Notes under the pieces: generated by a model
The model's input: only the letters and a program-made list of their open reading frames with translations
The model's database searches: none
Told to the model about the DNA's origin: nothing
Shown: positions 18,553 to 27,979 of the stretch, piece by piece
How positions within the stretch are numbered: position 1 is the first letter of the stretch
How the letters are laid out: every line of letters starts with the position of its first letter
Source: Vulcanimicrobiota bacterium
Lineage (GTDB): Bacteria > Vulcanimicrobiota > Vulcanimicrobiia > Vulcanimicrobiales > Vulcanimicrobiaceae
Assembly: GCA_963695225.1 (NCBI GenBank)
Contig: OY968762.1
Span: forward strand, 224,001-288,000
Direction: 5' to 3'
DNA length: 64,000 nucleotides
Translations under genes and position numbers: made by a program

Positions 18553-19632
18553 ATGCGAATCCCTCTCGTGATCGCGCTGTCGAGCGTGGTCGCGCTAGCC
18601 GCGTGCGGCGGCGGCGGTTCCTCGACGCCGTCGACCGCTACCACGCAATCTCTCTCGACGCAAGAGGTCGCGCAGGCCGGCACGGAAGCCGCGCTCAGCC
18701 CGGCCGACTCCGGCGAAACCGACGCGGGTTATTACGATTCGAACTTCGGCGCGAGTTCGCTCGCGCGCGCCGCGGAGAGCCGCGGTACCGCCTCCACCGG
18801 CGCCTGCGCGAACCGGCGCGAAGTCACCGTCACCGTTCCGGGCCCGAACGAGAGACAGGTCGAAGTCAAATTCTTCTACGACGCCGCGTGCACCGTGCTC
18901 GCGCGCGACGTCGTGCAACTCACGACGACGAACGCCGACGGGTCGAAGAGCGCGACGCGCACGGCGACGCAGTACAACGCCGCCGGCTCGGTCATCGCCA
19001 CGCGCAAGTCGACGTATGCCTACACGGGCAGCCTCGGCAACTCGAGCGCGATCGCCACGAGCGCGCTGTACATCGGAACCTCGACCTCGCCGCTGACGCA
19101 ATGGGGCCGCCAGATCACGCTCTCGCCGCAAGGCGCCGACGTCTCGACGCTCTCCGAAAACGGCGGCTGGATCGAAAACGGCGCGTTGCCGAGCCTCAGC
19201 GAGTCGTTCGGCCACCAGGGTCAAGTCGTCGGCGGGACGGCGACGTTCGATGCGGCCGGAGACGTCACGTACGCGGGGACCCGCAACCGGACGTTCTTCA
19301 AAGGGCCGCTGAACACGCTGACGCTCCCGACCGCGCCTCCGTTTGAAATCGGCGGGACCCCTGCGCCGGTCCAGGTCGGGACTTCGACCATGACGGGGAG
19401 CATCACGTTCGATGCGGACGGGCTGCTGACGAACATCGCGCTCAGCGGCACGTTCGTGAACGGGAACTCCGTCACCGTGACGAGCAGCGGCACGCCTCTC
19501 GTGGTCGCCGGGACGATCGTGAATCCGGCCGGCGCGACGGTCGCGACGTTCACGACCGACGCATACGGGAACGGCACGATCCAGTTCGCGAACGGCGTGC
19601 AGCTCCCGATCATCTGCTGGCACGTCGTCTAG
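18553..19632 (+). CDS. Thr/Gly-rich beta-strand lipoprotein of unknown function
   Basis: MRIPLVIALSSVVALAAC lipobox followed by a GGGGSS linker; AAAGGA SD. Confidence 0.8.
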   Translation: MRIPLVIALSSVVALAACGGGGSSTPSTATTQSLSTQEVAQAGTEAALSPADSGETDAGYYDSNFGASSLARAAESRGTASTGACANRREVTVTVPGPNERQVEVKFFYDAACTVLARDVVQLTTTNADGSKSATRTATQYNAAGSVIATRKSTYAYTGSLGNSSAIATSALYIGTSTSPLTQWGRQITLSPQGADVSTLSENGGWIENGALPSLSESFGHQGQVVGGTATFDAAGDVTYAGTRNRTFFKGPLNTLTLPTAPPFEIGGTPAPVQVGTSTMTGSITFDADGLLTNIALSGTFVNGNSVTVTSSGTPLVVAGTIVNPAGATVATFTTDAYGNGTIQFANGVQLPIICWHVV

Positions 19633-19667
19633 GAGGCGAGGCGCGAGGAACCGAACCTGCAGCACCC

Positions 19668-20585
19668 GTGGGCTGGCTCGGAAAACTCAAACAGAGTCTC
19701 GGTTTCTCGCGCGAATCGCTGGCGGGCATCGAGCGGCTTGCGATCGCACGCAAGCCGCTCGATGCCGCGTTCTGGGAAGAACTCGAGGAGATACTGCTGC
19801 GCGCCGATTTCGGCGCCCCGACGACGGCGAAGATCGTCGACGGCCTGCGCGAGGTGGCGAGCCAGCAACTCTGGCGGCGCAGCGACGAGGTCGTCGCGCG
19901 CTTCAAGAAGGACGTCGAGGCGTTTCTCACGCTGCCGAACGCGGGGCTGCACCTGGTCTCGAAGCCGTCGGTCGTGCTGGTCGTAGGCGTGAACGGGAGC
20001 GGGAAGACGACGACGATCGGGAAGCTCGCGCACCGCCTGCGCTCCGAACGCAAGCGCGTGATGGTCGTCGCGGCCGACACGTTTCGCGCCGCCGCCGCCG
20101 AGCAACTCGCGGTCTGGGCCGAACGCAGCGGCTGCGAGTTCATCCGGGGCCGCGAGGGGGCCGACCCCGCCTCCGTGGTCTTCGACGGCGTCGCGGCGGC
20201 GAAGGCGCGCGGCGTCGACGTCGTGTTGATCGATACGGCGGGCCGGCTGCAGACCAAAGTCAACCTGATGGAAGAGCTCAAGAAGATGCGGCGGGTGATC
20301 GAGCGCGAGACGGGCGGCCCGCCCGACGAGACGCTGCTCGTGGTCGACGGCACGACCGGCCAGAACGCGATCTCGCAGGCCCGGCTCTTCAACGAGGCGA
20401 CGAAGCTGACGGGCGTCGTGGTCACGAAGCTGGACTCGACGGCGAAGGGTGGCGTCCTCGTGGCGATCGTCGATACGCTCGTCGTCCCGATCAAGTTCAT
20501 CGGCCTCGGCGAGTCGATCGAGGCGTTGCGCCCGTTCGACCCGCGGGCGTTCATCGACGCCTTGTTCGAAGCGTCGCCGGGCTGA
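19668..20585 (+). CDS. ftsY: SRP receptor FtsY
   Basis: GVNGSGKTTT, DTFRAAA, DTAGR, TKLDSTAKGG. Confidence 0.98.
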   Translation: MGWLGKLKQSLGFSRESLAGIERLAIARKPLDAAFWEELEEILLRADFGAPTTAKIVDGLREVASQQLWRRSDEVVARFKKDVEAFLTLPNAGLHLVSKPSVVLVVGVNGSGKTTTIGKLAHRLRSERKRVMVVAADTFRAAAAEQLAVWAERSGCEFIRGREGADPASVVFDGVAAAKARGVDVVLIDTAGRLQTKVNLMEELKKMRRVIERETGGPPDETLLVVDGTTGQNAISQARLFNEATKLTGVVVTKLDSTAKGGVLVAIVDTLVVPIKFIGLGESIEALRPFDPRAFIDALFEASPG

Positions 20586-20605
20586 ATCGAACAGGAGTTC
20601 GATTC
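20584..20605. promoter_or_regulatory. LexA (SOS) box, Gram-positive type, upstream of recA
   Basis: GAATCGAAC-AGGA-GTTCGATTC contains CGAAC-N4-GTTCG inside a perfect 9-bp inverted repeat. Confidence 0.75.
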
Positions 20606-20760
20606 GATGGGAAGAAGGTTCTCCGCAATCGGGCGGACCTGAGCCTTTCGATTCTGCGCCGAGGCGTGATCGATGAGCGACGGAGCGGTAAAGTGCCACA
20701 CAGCCGGCACAGCAACCCGCGATACTCCGTTCAGCAGCAGCAGAGAGGATCACCGGCACC

Positions 20761-21816
20761 GTGGCAAACGACGATCGTACCGTTGCCTTGAACAATGCCC
20801 TCGCCCAGATCGAGCGCCAATTCGGCAAGGGCTCCATCATGAAGATGGGCGATTTCTCGGAGAGGATGGCGATCGACGTCGTCTCGACGGGCTCGATCGC
20901 GCTCGACCTCGCGCTCGGCGTAGGCGGCTTGCCGCGCGGCCGCGTCGTCGAGATCTACGGACCGGAATCGAGCGGTAAGACGACGCTCGCGCTCCACGTG
21001 ATCGCCGAGGCACAGAAGGGCGGCGGGACGGCGGCGTTCGTCGACGTCGAGCACGCGCTCGATCCGACGTACGCCTCGGCGCTCGGCGTCGACCTCGACA
21101 GCCTTCTGGTCTCTCAGCCGGATACGGGGGAACAGGCGCTCGACATCGCCGAGATGCTCGTCCGCTCGAACGCGGTCGACGTCGTCGTGGTCGACTCGGT
21201 CGCCGCGCTCGTCACGAAGGCCGAACTCGAGGGCGACATGGGCGATACGCACGTGGGTCTGCAGGCGCGCTTGATGTCGCAGGCGCTGCGCAAGCTCACG
21301 TCCGCGATCTCGCGCTCGAAGTGCGTGATGATCTTCATCAACCAATTGCGCGAGAAGGTCGGCGTGATGTTCGGCAATCCCGAGACGACCTCGGGCGGCC
21401 GCGCGCTGAAATTCTACGCCTCGGTCCGTCTCGACGTGCGTAAACTCGAGCAGATCAAGATCGGCCAGGACGTCGTCGGCACGCGGACGCGCGTCAAGGT
21501 CGTCAAGAACAAGGTCGCGCCGCCGTTCCGGCAAGCCGAGTTCGATATCACGTACGGCCGCGGCATCTCGAAGATGGGCTCGGTGCTCGACGTCGCGCTC
21601 GAGCGGAACATCGTCGGGAAGAGCGGCTCGTGGTACACCTACGGCGACGTGCGGATCGGCCAGGGCCGCGAGAACGCGAAAGCCTACTTGGAAGAGCACG
21701 GCGATACGGCGGCCGAGATCGAGACGAAGATCCGCGAGGTCCTCAAGGGGACGGTCTCGACGAACGGAGCGGCGGCGGCGCACGCGGGAATGCGCGGAGT
21801 CTCGAACGACGACTGA
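20761..21816 (+). CDS. recA: Recombinase RecA
   Basis: [29 protein letters not shown]. Confidence 0.99.
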   Translation: MANDDRTVALNNALAQIERQFGKGSIMKMGDFSERMAIDVVSTGSIALDLALGVGGLPRGRVVEIYGPESSGKTTLALHVIAEAQKGGGTAAFVDVEHALDPTYASALGVDLDSLLVSQPDTGEQALDIAEMLVRSNAVDVVVVDSVAALVTKAELEGDMGDTHVGLQARLMSQALRKLTSAISRSKCVMIFINQLREKVGVMFGNPETTSGGRALKFYASVRLDVRKLEQIKIGQDVVGTRTRVKVVKNKVAPPFRQAEFDITYGRGISKMGSVLDVALERNIVGKSGSWYTYGDVRIGQGRENAKAYLEEHGDTAAEIETKIREVLKGTVSTNGAAAAHAGMRGVSNDD

Positions 21817-22333
21817 ACGCAAGCCCGGCGCCCGGGCGCGCGTCTCGGCCTTGCGCATGCTCGCGGCCCGGCGGATGAGCGAAGCCGCGCTCTACGAACG
21901 CCTGCTGCAGAAGGGGTACCGCGATGAGGAGGTGCGCGACGCGGTCGCCTTCTGCAAAGAGGAACGATACGTCGACGACGCGCTGTTCGCGCGCCTCTAC
22001 GTCGAGGGGACGCGCAGGGCGGTCGGCGACGTCCGGCTCGTCGGCGAACTCGTCCGGCGCGGCATCGATCGCGAGACTGCTCGCAGCGCGGTGGCCGCGG
22101 CCGAGGCGGACGAAGACGCGCGCCTCGGCGCGGCGCTCGAACGGCTGATCCGCACGCGGCCGCGCATGAGCTATCCGAGCGCCGCCCGGACGCTCGAACG
22201 CCTCGGGTTCCCGGCCGCGCGCATCTATCGCCGGTTGCGCGAGGCGGCCGCACTTGGAAACGTCTTCGAGGGTATCGGCGGGCAGGCGAATGTGCCGTCC
22301 GAGGCCGCACTCGAAGGCACGCTAACCGGGTGA
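21806..22333 (+). CDS. recX: RecX regulatory protein (start uncertain: ACG 21806 or TTG 21851)
   Basis: Directly after rec[32 protein letters not shown] repeats. Confidence 0.85.
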   Translation, partial: TTTERKPGARARVSALRMLAARRMSEAALYERLLQKGYRDEEVRDAVAFCKEERYVDDALFARLYVEGTRRAVGDVRLVGELVRRGIDRETARSAVAAAEADEDARLGAALERLIRTRPRMSYPSAARTLERLGFPAARIYRRLREAAALGNVFEGIGGQANVPSEAALEGTLTG

Positions 22334-22408
22334 GCGCAGCAGGAGTCCTGCCTGCACGACCGGGCTAGCGCCCTAGGAATCGTCCGCGGGCGCCCCGTAC
22401 CACCGGGC

Positions 22409-23710
22409 ATGCGCGCCCTGATCGCGATAGTATTGATCGCGACCCTTTGTTGCGGTACGAAGCCGGCCGCAGCCGTCGAACTCGAAGGGATAGCCCGCAC
22501 GGCGTCTTCGTATCATAACGCCAACCCGAAGCTCGAGGCGATGTTCCGAGCCGCGCTGCTGAACACGAGCGAGCAGGCGACCATCGCCGCGGACGGGACC
22601 GCCTACGTGAAGACGGGGGACATCCCCGCCGAATGGCTGCGCGACGCGAGCGCCCAGGTCCGCCCGTATCTGTTCTTCGCGAAATCCGATCCGCAAGTCG
22701 CCTCGCTGTTGCGTGGGATCATCGCGCGCATGGGCAAGTACCTGCAGGTCGATCCGTACGCGAACGCTTTCACCGTCGATTACCGCGTCTGGGAGCAGAA
22801 GTTCGAACTCGACTCGCTCGCGTATCCGATCATCCTCGCCTGGACGTATTGGAAGACGACGGGGGACGCCTCGATCTTCACGGGCGACCTCTCGCTCGGC
22901 CTCGACCGCGCGCTCGAAACCATGGAGCGCGAACAAGACCACCCGCGCAATTCGAAGTACTCCCACCGCGAACTGAAGGACGGGAAGGGCCGCCCCGTCG
23001 CCTATACGGGGATGATCTGGTCGGGGTTCCGCCCCTCGGACGACGCCTGCCAGTACAACTACTTGATCCCCTCGGAGATGATGGCCGTCATCGCGCTCGG
23101 CGAGCTCGAGGAGATCGAGCGGGACGTCTACCGGAATCTGATCAAGTCGAACCGGGCGAAGACGCTGCGCACCGAGGTGCAGACGGGCATCCAGACCTAC
23201 GGCGAAGTCTTCACGCCCAACTATGGGTACATCTATGCGTACGAGGTGGACGGCCTTGGGAACGCGGTGACGATGGACGACGCGAACATCCCGAGCCTGC
23301 TCTCGGCGCCCTACCTCGGGTACGGGCGCATCGACAGCTTCGTCTACAAGAACACGCGCAAGTTCCTACTCTCCAAAGATAACCCGTATTTCTACGCCGG
23401 GCAGGTCGCGCGCGGCATCGGCAGCGCGCACACGAACGACGGCTACGTATGGCCGCTCGCGCTCTTGATGCAGGGATTCACCGCGAGCGGCGACGCGGAG
23501 CGGCGCGACGTCCTCAACCAACTGCTCGCGAGCGATCCCGGCGACCACTTGCTGCACGAGTCGTTCGACCCGAACGATCCGCAGAAGTTCTCGCGCAAGG
23601 ATTTCGGCTGGCCGAATGCGCTGTTCAGCGAATACGTGTTGACCGCGATCAACGGGATGCAACCGCTCCCGACGAACAGCACGGCCGATCTCGAGTTCCG
23701 CGGCGACTGA
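22409..23710 (+). CDS. Exported glycoside hydrolase family 125 (exo-alpha-1,6-mannosidase-like)
   Basis: TGDIPAEWLRDASAQ, KFELDSL, FRPSDD, MDDANIPSLLS, FGWPNALF. Confidence 0.92.
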   Translation: MRALIAIVLIATLCCGTKPAAAVELEGIARTASSYHNANPKLEAMFRAALLNTSEQATIAADGTAYVKTGDIPAEWLRDASAQVRPYLFFAKSDPQVASLLRGIIARMGKYLQVDPYANAFTVDYRVWEQKFELDSLAYPIILAWTYWKTTGDASIFTGDLSLGLDRALETMEREQDHPRNSKYSHRELKDGKGRPVAYTGMIWSGFRPSDDACQYNYLIPSEMMAVIALGELEEIERDVYRNLIKSNRAKTLRTEVQTGIQTYGEVFTPNYGYIYAYEVDGLGNAVTMDDANIPSLLSAPYLGYGRIDSFVYKNTRKFLLSKDNPYFYAGQVARGIGSAHTNDGYVWPLALLMQGFTASGDAERRDVLNQLLASDPGDHLLHESFDPNDPQKFSRKDFGWPNALFSEYVLTAINGMQPLPTNSTADLEFRGD

Positions 23711-23759
23711 TCCCGGCATGGCGCGGGGGGCGCGCCGCGGGCCGCAGAACCGTCGCTAG

Positions 23760-25049
23760 ATGATCGAGAACGAGCAGAGTCCGTCGCGCCCCCGACCCGG
23801 CGCCGATTTGGTCCTCGGGATCCAGTGGGGCGACGAAGGGAAGGGCCGCATCGTCGACTATCTCTCGCGCGACTACGATCTCGTCGCGCGCTTCGGCGGC
23901 GGCGACAACGCCGGCCATACGCTCGTCGTCGGCGACCGGAAGCTGGCGCTCCGGATCGTCCCGAGCGGCGTGCTCTACGAGCGGCCGGAACTGTTCATCG
24001 GCGGCGGAACCGTCATCAGCCTCGACGGTTTGTGCGCGGAACTCGACATGCTCGCCGGGATCGGCGTCGATACGAACCGGGTCAAGATCTCGGATCGGGC
24101 GCATATCGTCTTCCCGTACCATGCAGCGCTCGATCGGGCGAACGAACTTGCGCGCGGGGACGGCGCGATCGGGACGACCGGACGCGGGATCGGGCCGGCG
24201 TATGCAGACAAGGTGGGGCGGAACGGCATCACGTTTCGCGACCTGCGGCGTCCGGAGGCGTTGGCGAACAAGATCCGCCGCAATCTGCTCGGGCGGTCGA
24301 CGCTGTTCGGAGAGGGCGGCACGACGATGCGCGAGGAGGACCTGATCGGGCAAACGCTCGACTATGCGAAGCGCGTCCTGCCGCACGTCGTGGACGGCGT
24401 CTCGTTTCTCCACGGCTACCTCGAATCGGGGAAGCGCGTCTTGATCGAGGGCGCACAGGGGACGCTTCTGGACATCGGCTACGGGACGTATCCGTACGTG
24501 ACGAGCTCGCACACGATCGCGGGCGGGGCGTGCACGGGCCTGGGCATCGGGCCGACGCAAATCGGCCGCGTTCGCGGGATCGCGAAGGCGTATTGCACGC
24601 GCGTCGGGGCAGGGCCGTTTCCAAGCGAGCTGTTCGACGAAACGGCGGAACTGCTGCGCGAGCGCGGCGGCGAATTCGGGACCGTCACCGGCCGGCCGCG
24701 GCGATGCGGCTGGTTCGATGCGGTTGCCGGACGTTACGCCGTCCGCCTGAACGGGCTCTCCGACCTCATGGTGACGAAGCTCGACGTCTTGAGCGGGTTC
24801 GAGCGGGTCGGCATCGTGACGGGATATCGCTCAGCGCTCGTTCAGGTCGGCTTCGAGGCGTACCTCGACAGCGGGCTCGAAACGCTCGTCGAGTGGCACC
24901 CCGGCTGGGAAGAGGACATCACCCAGGTCCGCCGGGTTTCGGATCTGCCGGCGAACGCGCTCAGGTACATCGAACGCATTTCGGAACTGCTCGGCGTCCC
25001 GGTCAGCGCCGTCTCGGTCGGGCCGGAGCGCACCGCACTTGCGGTATGA
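23760..25049 (+). CDS. purA: Adenylosuccinate synthetase
   Basis: QWGDEGKG, IGTTGRGIGPAY, GTVTGRPRRCGWFD. Confidence 0.99.
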   Translation: MIENEQSPSRPRPGADLVLGIQWGDEGKGRIVDYLSRDYDLVARFGGGDNAGHTLVVGDRKLALRIVPSGVLYERPELFIGGGTVISLDGLCAELDMLAGIGVDTNRVKISDRAHIVFPYHAALDRANELARGDGAIGTTGRGIGPAYADKVGRNGITFRDLRRPEALANKIRRNLLGRSTLFGEGGTTMREEDLIGQTLDYAKRVLPHVVDGVSFLHGYLESGKRVLIEGAQGTLLDIGYGTYPYVTSSHTIAGGACTGLGIGPTQIGRVRGIAKAYCTRVGAGPFPSELFDETAELLRERGGEFGTVTGRPRRCGWFDAVAGRYAVRLNGLSDLMVTKLDVLSGFERVGIVTGYRSALVQVGFEAYLDSGLETLVEWHPGWEEDITQVRRVSDLPANALRYIERISELLGVPVSAVSVGPERTALAV

Positions 25050-25123
25050 CGGGGGCGCTCCGGGCGCATGACGGCGCCTTAGGGGGCTAGCGGAGCGCCG
25101 TTCGCGCGCGATGAGTGGCGTGC

Positions 25124-25579
25124 ATGGCACGCTTCGTCTTCCGTTTGCAATCCGCGCTCGAGGCAGCCGTCCGCGCCGAGCGCTCGGCACGCGCGACCTG
25201 GCTGCGCGCCGAAGCCGCGCTCGGCGCGGCGCGCGCCGGGTACCGCTCGCTCGCCGGCCGCCTCGCAGCCGAGCGGCTTTCGCTGCAGCGAGGGACGGTC
25301 GTGCGGGCCGGGCCGCTCGCCCTCGCCGAGGCTCGCCGTTCGGCGCTCGAGGGCGCGCGAGACCGGGCCGGCGCCGCGCTCGCCGGCGAGGCGCGCGATT
25401 CCGCGCTGTTGCGGGCGCGCTTCGAAGCGTGCGTTCGCAAGCGCCTCGCGCTCGAGCGGTTGCGCGAGCGCGAGGCCTCCCTCCACCGCCGGTCGGTAGA
25501 GCGCGCACTCGCCCGGGAACTGGCTGAGTCGAACGACCGGACGGCGCGGCTTCGGCCGCGTGGGCTCCGGCTCGGGTAG
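25124..25579 (+). CDS. FliJ-like coiled-coil flagellar export protein
   Basis: MARFVFRLQSALE N-terminus, LALERLRER, helical Ala/Arg-rich body; adjacent to a fliO-like gene. Confidence 0.6.
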   Translation: MARFVFRLQSALEAAVRAERSARATWLRAEAALGAARAGYRSLAGRLAAERLSLQRGTVVRAGPLALAEARRSALEGARDRAGAALAGEARDSALLRARFEACVRKRLALERLREREASLHRRSVERALARELAESNDRTARLRPRGLRLG

Positions 25580-25585
25580 CGTGGC

Positions 25586-25912
25586 GTGGATCCTTGGCTG
25601 GTCCCCCGGCTCGCCGGCGCGCTCGCCCTGATCGGCGCGCTGCTCTTCGGGCTGCGCGGGGCGATCCGCAGCGTGCTTTCGGTGCGCTTCGGCACGCGCC
25701 CGCGCGGGCGCGCCCTGCGCATCGTCGATTCGCTCGCGCTCGGCTCCGGGAGCGCCCTCCACGTCATCGACGCCGCGGGCCGCCGGGTATTGATCGGGGC
25801 AACTCAAACGCACGTCTCGTTCCTGGCGGAACTGGGGGGCCGGGCCCCGCCGCCGACTGAGGGGATCGATCCCCGTGGCGCGAAACTCGCGACCGATGTC
25901 GGACGAGATTAA
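25586..25912 (+). CDS. FliO-like flagellar biosynthesis protein
   Basis: TM helix followed by LRIVDSLALG...LHVIDAAGRRVLIGAT...VSFLAEL. Confidence 0.75.
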   Translation: MDPWLVPRLAGALALIGALLFGLRGAIRSVLSVRFGTRPRGRALRIVDSLALGSGSALHVIDAAGRRVLIGATQTHVSFLAELGGRAPPPTEGIDPRGAKLATDVGRD

Positions 25913-26150
25913 AGAAGAAGTCCCCGCCGAAGAAGTCCCCGCCGAACCGGGTAGCGGTAACGGCGCCTCCGGGCGCGCGATCGGGATCGCAGTCGTCGCG
26001 GTCGCCGCGGCGGCAGCGGCATTCTATTTCGTGCGCAGGGCGCTGTCCAAAGCCGAACCGGCCGCCGATCCAACGGCGGCACGCATCCAAGCGTTGATGG
26101 ACGAAGCGAATCGCCTCCTCAAAGAGCTGGATGCCAAGAAACTCGGCTAG
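25896..26150 (+). CDS. Small single-pass membrane protein
   Basis: Acidic N-terminus, one TM helix, C-terminal amphipathic helix (RIQALMDEANRLLKEL). Confidence 0.6.
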   Translation: MSDEIKEEVPAEEVPAEPGSGNGASGRAIGIAVVAVAAAAAAFYFVRRALSKAEPAADPTAARIQALMDEANRLLKELDAKKLG

Positions 26151-26270
26151 CGGCATGGATGCCGCTGTGCCGCGCGCGCAGGATGCGCAATCAGCGCGGC
26201 CTAGCGGCATGGATGCCGCTGTGCCGCGCGCGCAGGATGCGCAATCAGCGCGGCCTAGCGGCATGGATGC
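26147..26270. repeat. 54-bp perfect tandem repeat (2 copies plus a 16-bp partial) with an internal palindrome
   Basis: Units start at 26147, 26201 and 26255; each full unit holds AGCGGCAT-GG-ATGCCGCT. Confidence 0.95.
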
Positions 26271-26306
26271 GGCGGCGGCGGAGCGCGATGCGCCGGCGAT
26301 TCGGCT

Positions 26307-27627
26307 CATGGGACTGTATGAGACGGCGTTCACCGATTTGCTTTCGAACGGGCAAGCGGTCGGGCGCGTCGGGGCGATGGTCGCGTTCGTCGACGGGCCG
26401 CTCCCCGGGGAGCGCGCGCGCATCCGGATCACGCAGATCAAGCCGAAGTACGCCGTCGGGGAACTCGTCGAGCTTCTCGAGCGCTCGCCCGAGCGCGTCG
26501 AGCCGTTTTGTCCCGTTTTCGGGACGTGCGGCGGATGTCAGGTCCAGCACCTCGGCTACGCGGGGCAACTCGCCTGGAAGACGCGGATCGTTCGCGAGGC
26601 GTTGCAACGCATCGGAGGAATCGCGGAGCCGCCCGTCTTGCCTGCGATCGGAATGGACCGGCCGCGTGCGTACCGCAACAAGATGGCGCTCGTCGCGAAG
26701 GGCGGATCGTTCGGTTTCTACAAGGCGCGTTCGCACGATCTGGTGCCGATCCGCGAGTGTCCGATCGTCCTCGATTCGCTCGACGAACAGATCGCGAACC
26801 TCTGGCGCGCTCGCGAGAATCCCGCGACGGCGCCTGCGTTGCGCGACGTCCGGCACGTGATCGCGCGCGCGGCGATCGCGACCGGCGACGTCGTCGTTTC
26901 GTTCACGACCGATCGCGGCTCGCCCGCACTCGGCCTCGCCGCGAAGGCCCTCGCTGCCGCATTCCCGCAGGCGGTAGGGATCTCGAACTCTTTTGATCCG
27001 CCGAGCACGAACGCCGTGATGGGCCGCAGCCACCGCACGCTCTCGGGGCGCGCGGATATCGCCGAAGCCATCGAGGGCGTGAGCTTCCGCGTTTCGCCGG
27101 CATCGTTCTTTCAAGTGAACTCGGCGATGGTTCGCAAGATCTTCGGGTATCTGCGCGAGCGCGTCGCGCTGCCGAAGAAGATCCTCGATCTCTACTGTGG
27201 GGCGGGGACGTTCACGCTCTTCTTCGCGAAAGGGGGCGCGGCGGTCGTCGGCGTCGAGGAGAATCCGCACGCGATCCGCGAGGCGCGGGAGAACGCGGCG
27301 CTCAACGCGGTCGAAGCGAACGCAAGCTTTCTCGCGGGCCGCGTCGATACGGTTCTCGGGGCGGGGCCGGGGCGCGCGGCGCTCGAGGCGGCCGACATCG
27401 TCTTCCTGGATCCGCCGCGCAAGGGGAGCGACGAAGCGACGCTCGCGCTGCTCGCGCGAGCGCGCGTCCCGGAGATCTGGTATCTCTCGTGCAACCCCGC
27501 CACGCTCGCGCGCGATCTCGCGCAACTCGCGGCCGCCGGATACATCGTCGAGAGCGTCCAGCCGTTCGACATGTTCCCGCAGACGGGCCACATCGAGGCA
27601 CTGGCCGTGGCGAAGATGAGCGGATAG
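26307..27627 (+). CDS. rlmD: 23S rRNA (uracil-5)-methyltransferase RlmD (start uncertain)
   Basis: TRAM domain, CPVFGTCGGCQ Fe-S motif, SFFQVN, DPPRKG, YLSCNP, DMFPQTGHIE. Confidence 0.95.
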
Positions 27628-27679
27628 GCGAGGGCGCGAAACCGCTCGAGCATGTCGTTGCATACGGGAAAGGCCGGTT

Positions 27680-27979
27680 GTGGGTAGCGTTCGGATCGAT
27701 ATCGAGCACGTCGCGAAGTTGGCGCGCGTGGCGCTGACGCCCGATGAAGTCGAGCGTTTCGGCGCGCAACTCGGCACGTTGCTCGAACACGTGAGCGCGC
27801 TCGAGAAGCTGCCGACGGGCGACGTCCCCGCGACGGCGCAAGTGATCCCGTCGCGCAACGTGGCACGCGCGGACGTTCCGGCGCCGTCGCTGGAGCGCGA
27901 CGTCGTCCTCGGGGGTGCGCCGAGCGCGCAGGGCGCGTATTTTCGCGTGCCGCGGATCTTGGGAGAAACCGAAGGATGA
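27680..27979 (+). CDS. gatC: Asp/Glu-tRNA amidotransferase subunit C
   Basis: HVAKLAR, YFRVPRI; first gene of gatCAB. Confidence 0.95.
   Translation: MGSVRIDIEHVAKLARVALTPDEVERFGAQLGTLLEHVSALEKLPTGDVPATAQVIPSRNVARADVPAPSLERDVVLGGAPSAQGAYFRVPRILGETEG

Noticed and set aside
25085..25115. Sigma28 promoter before the fliJ-like gene
   Set aside because: Only 5/8 and 2/4 matches to the -10 and -35 boxes.
26147..26270. CRISPR interpretation of the palindromic repeats
   Set aside because: The sequences between the palindromes are identical, so there are no unique spacers, and no cas genes are present.
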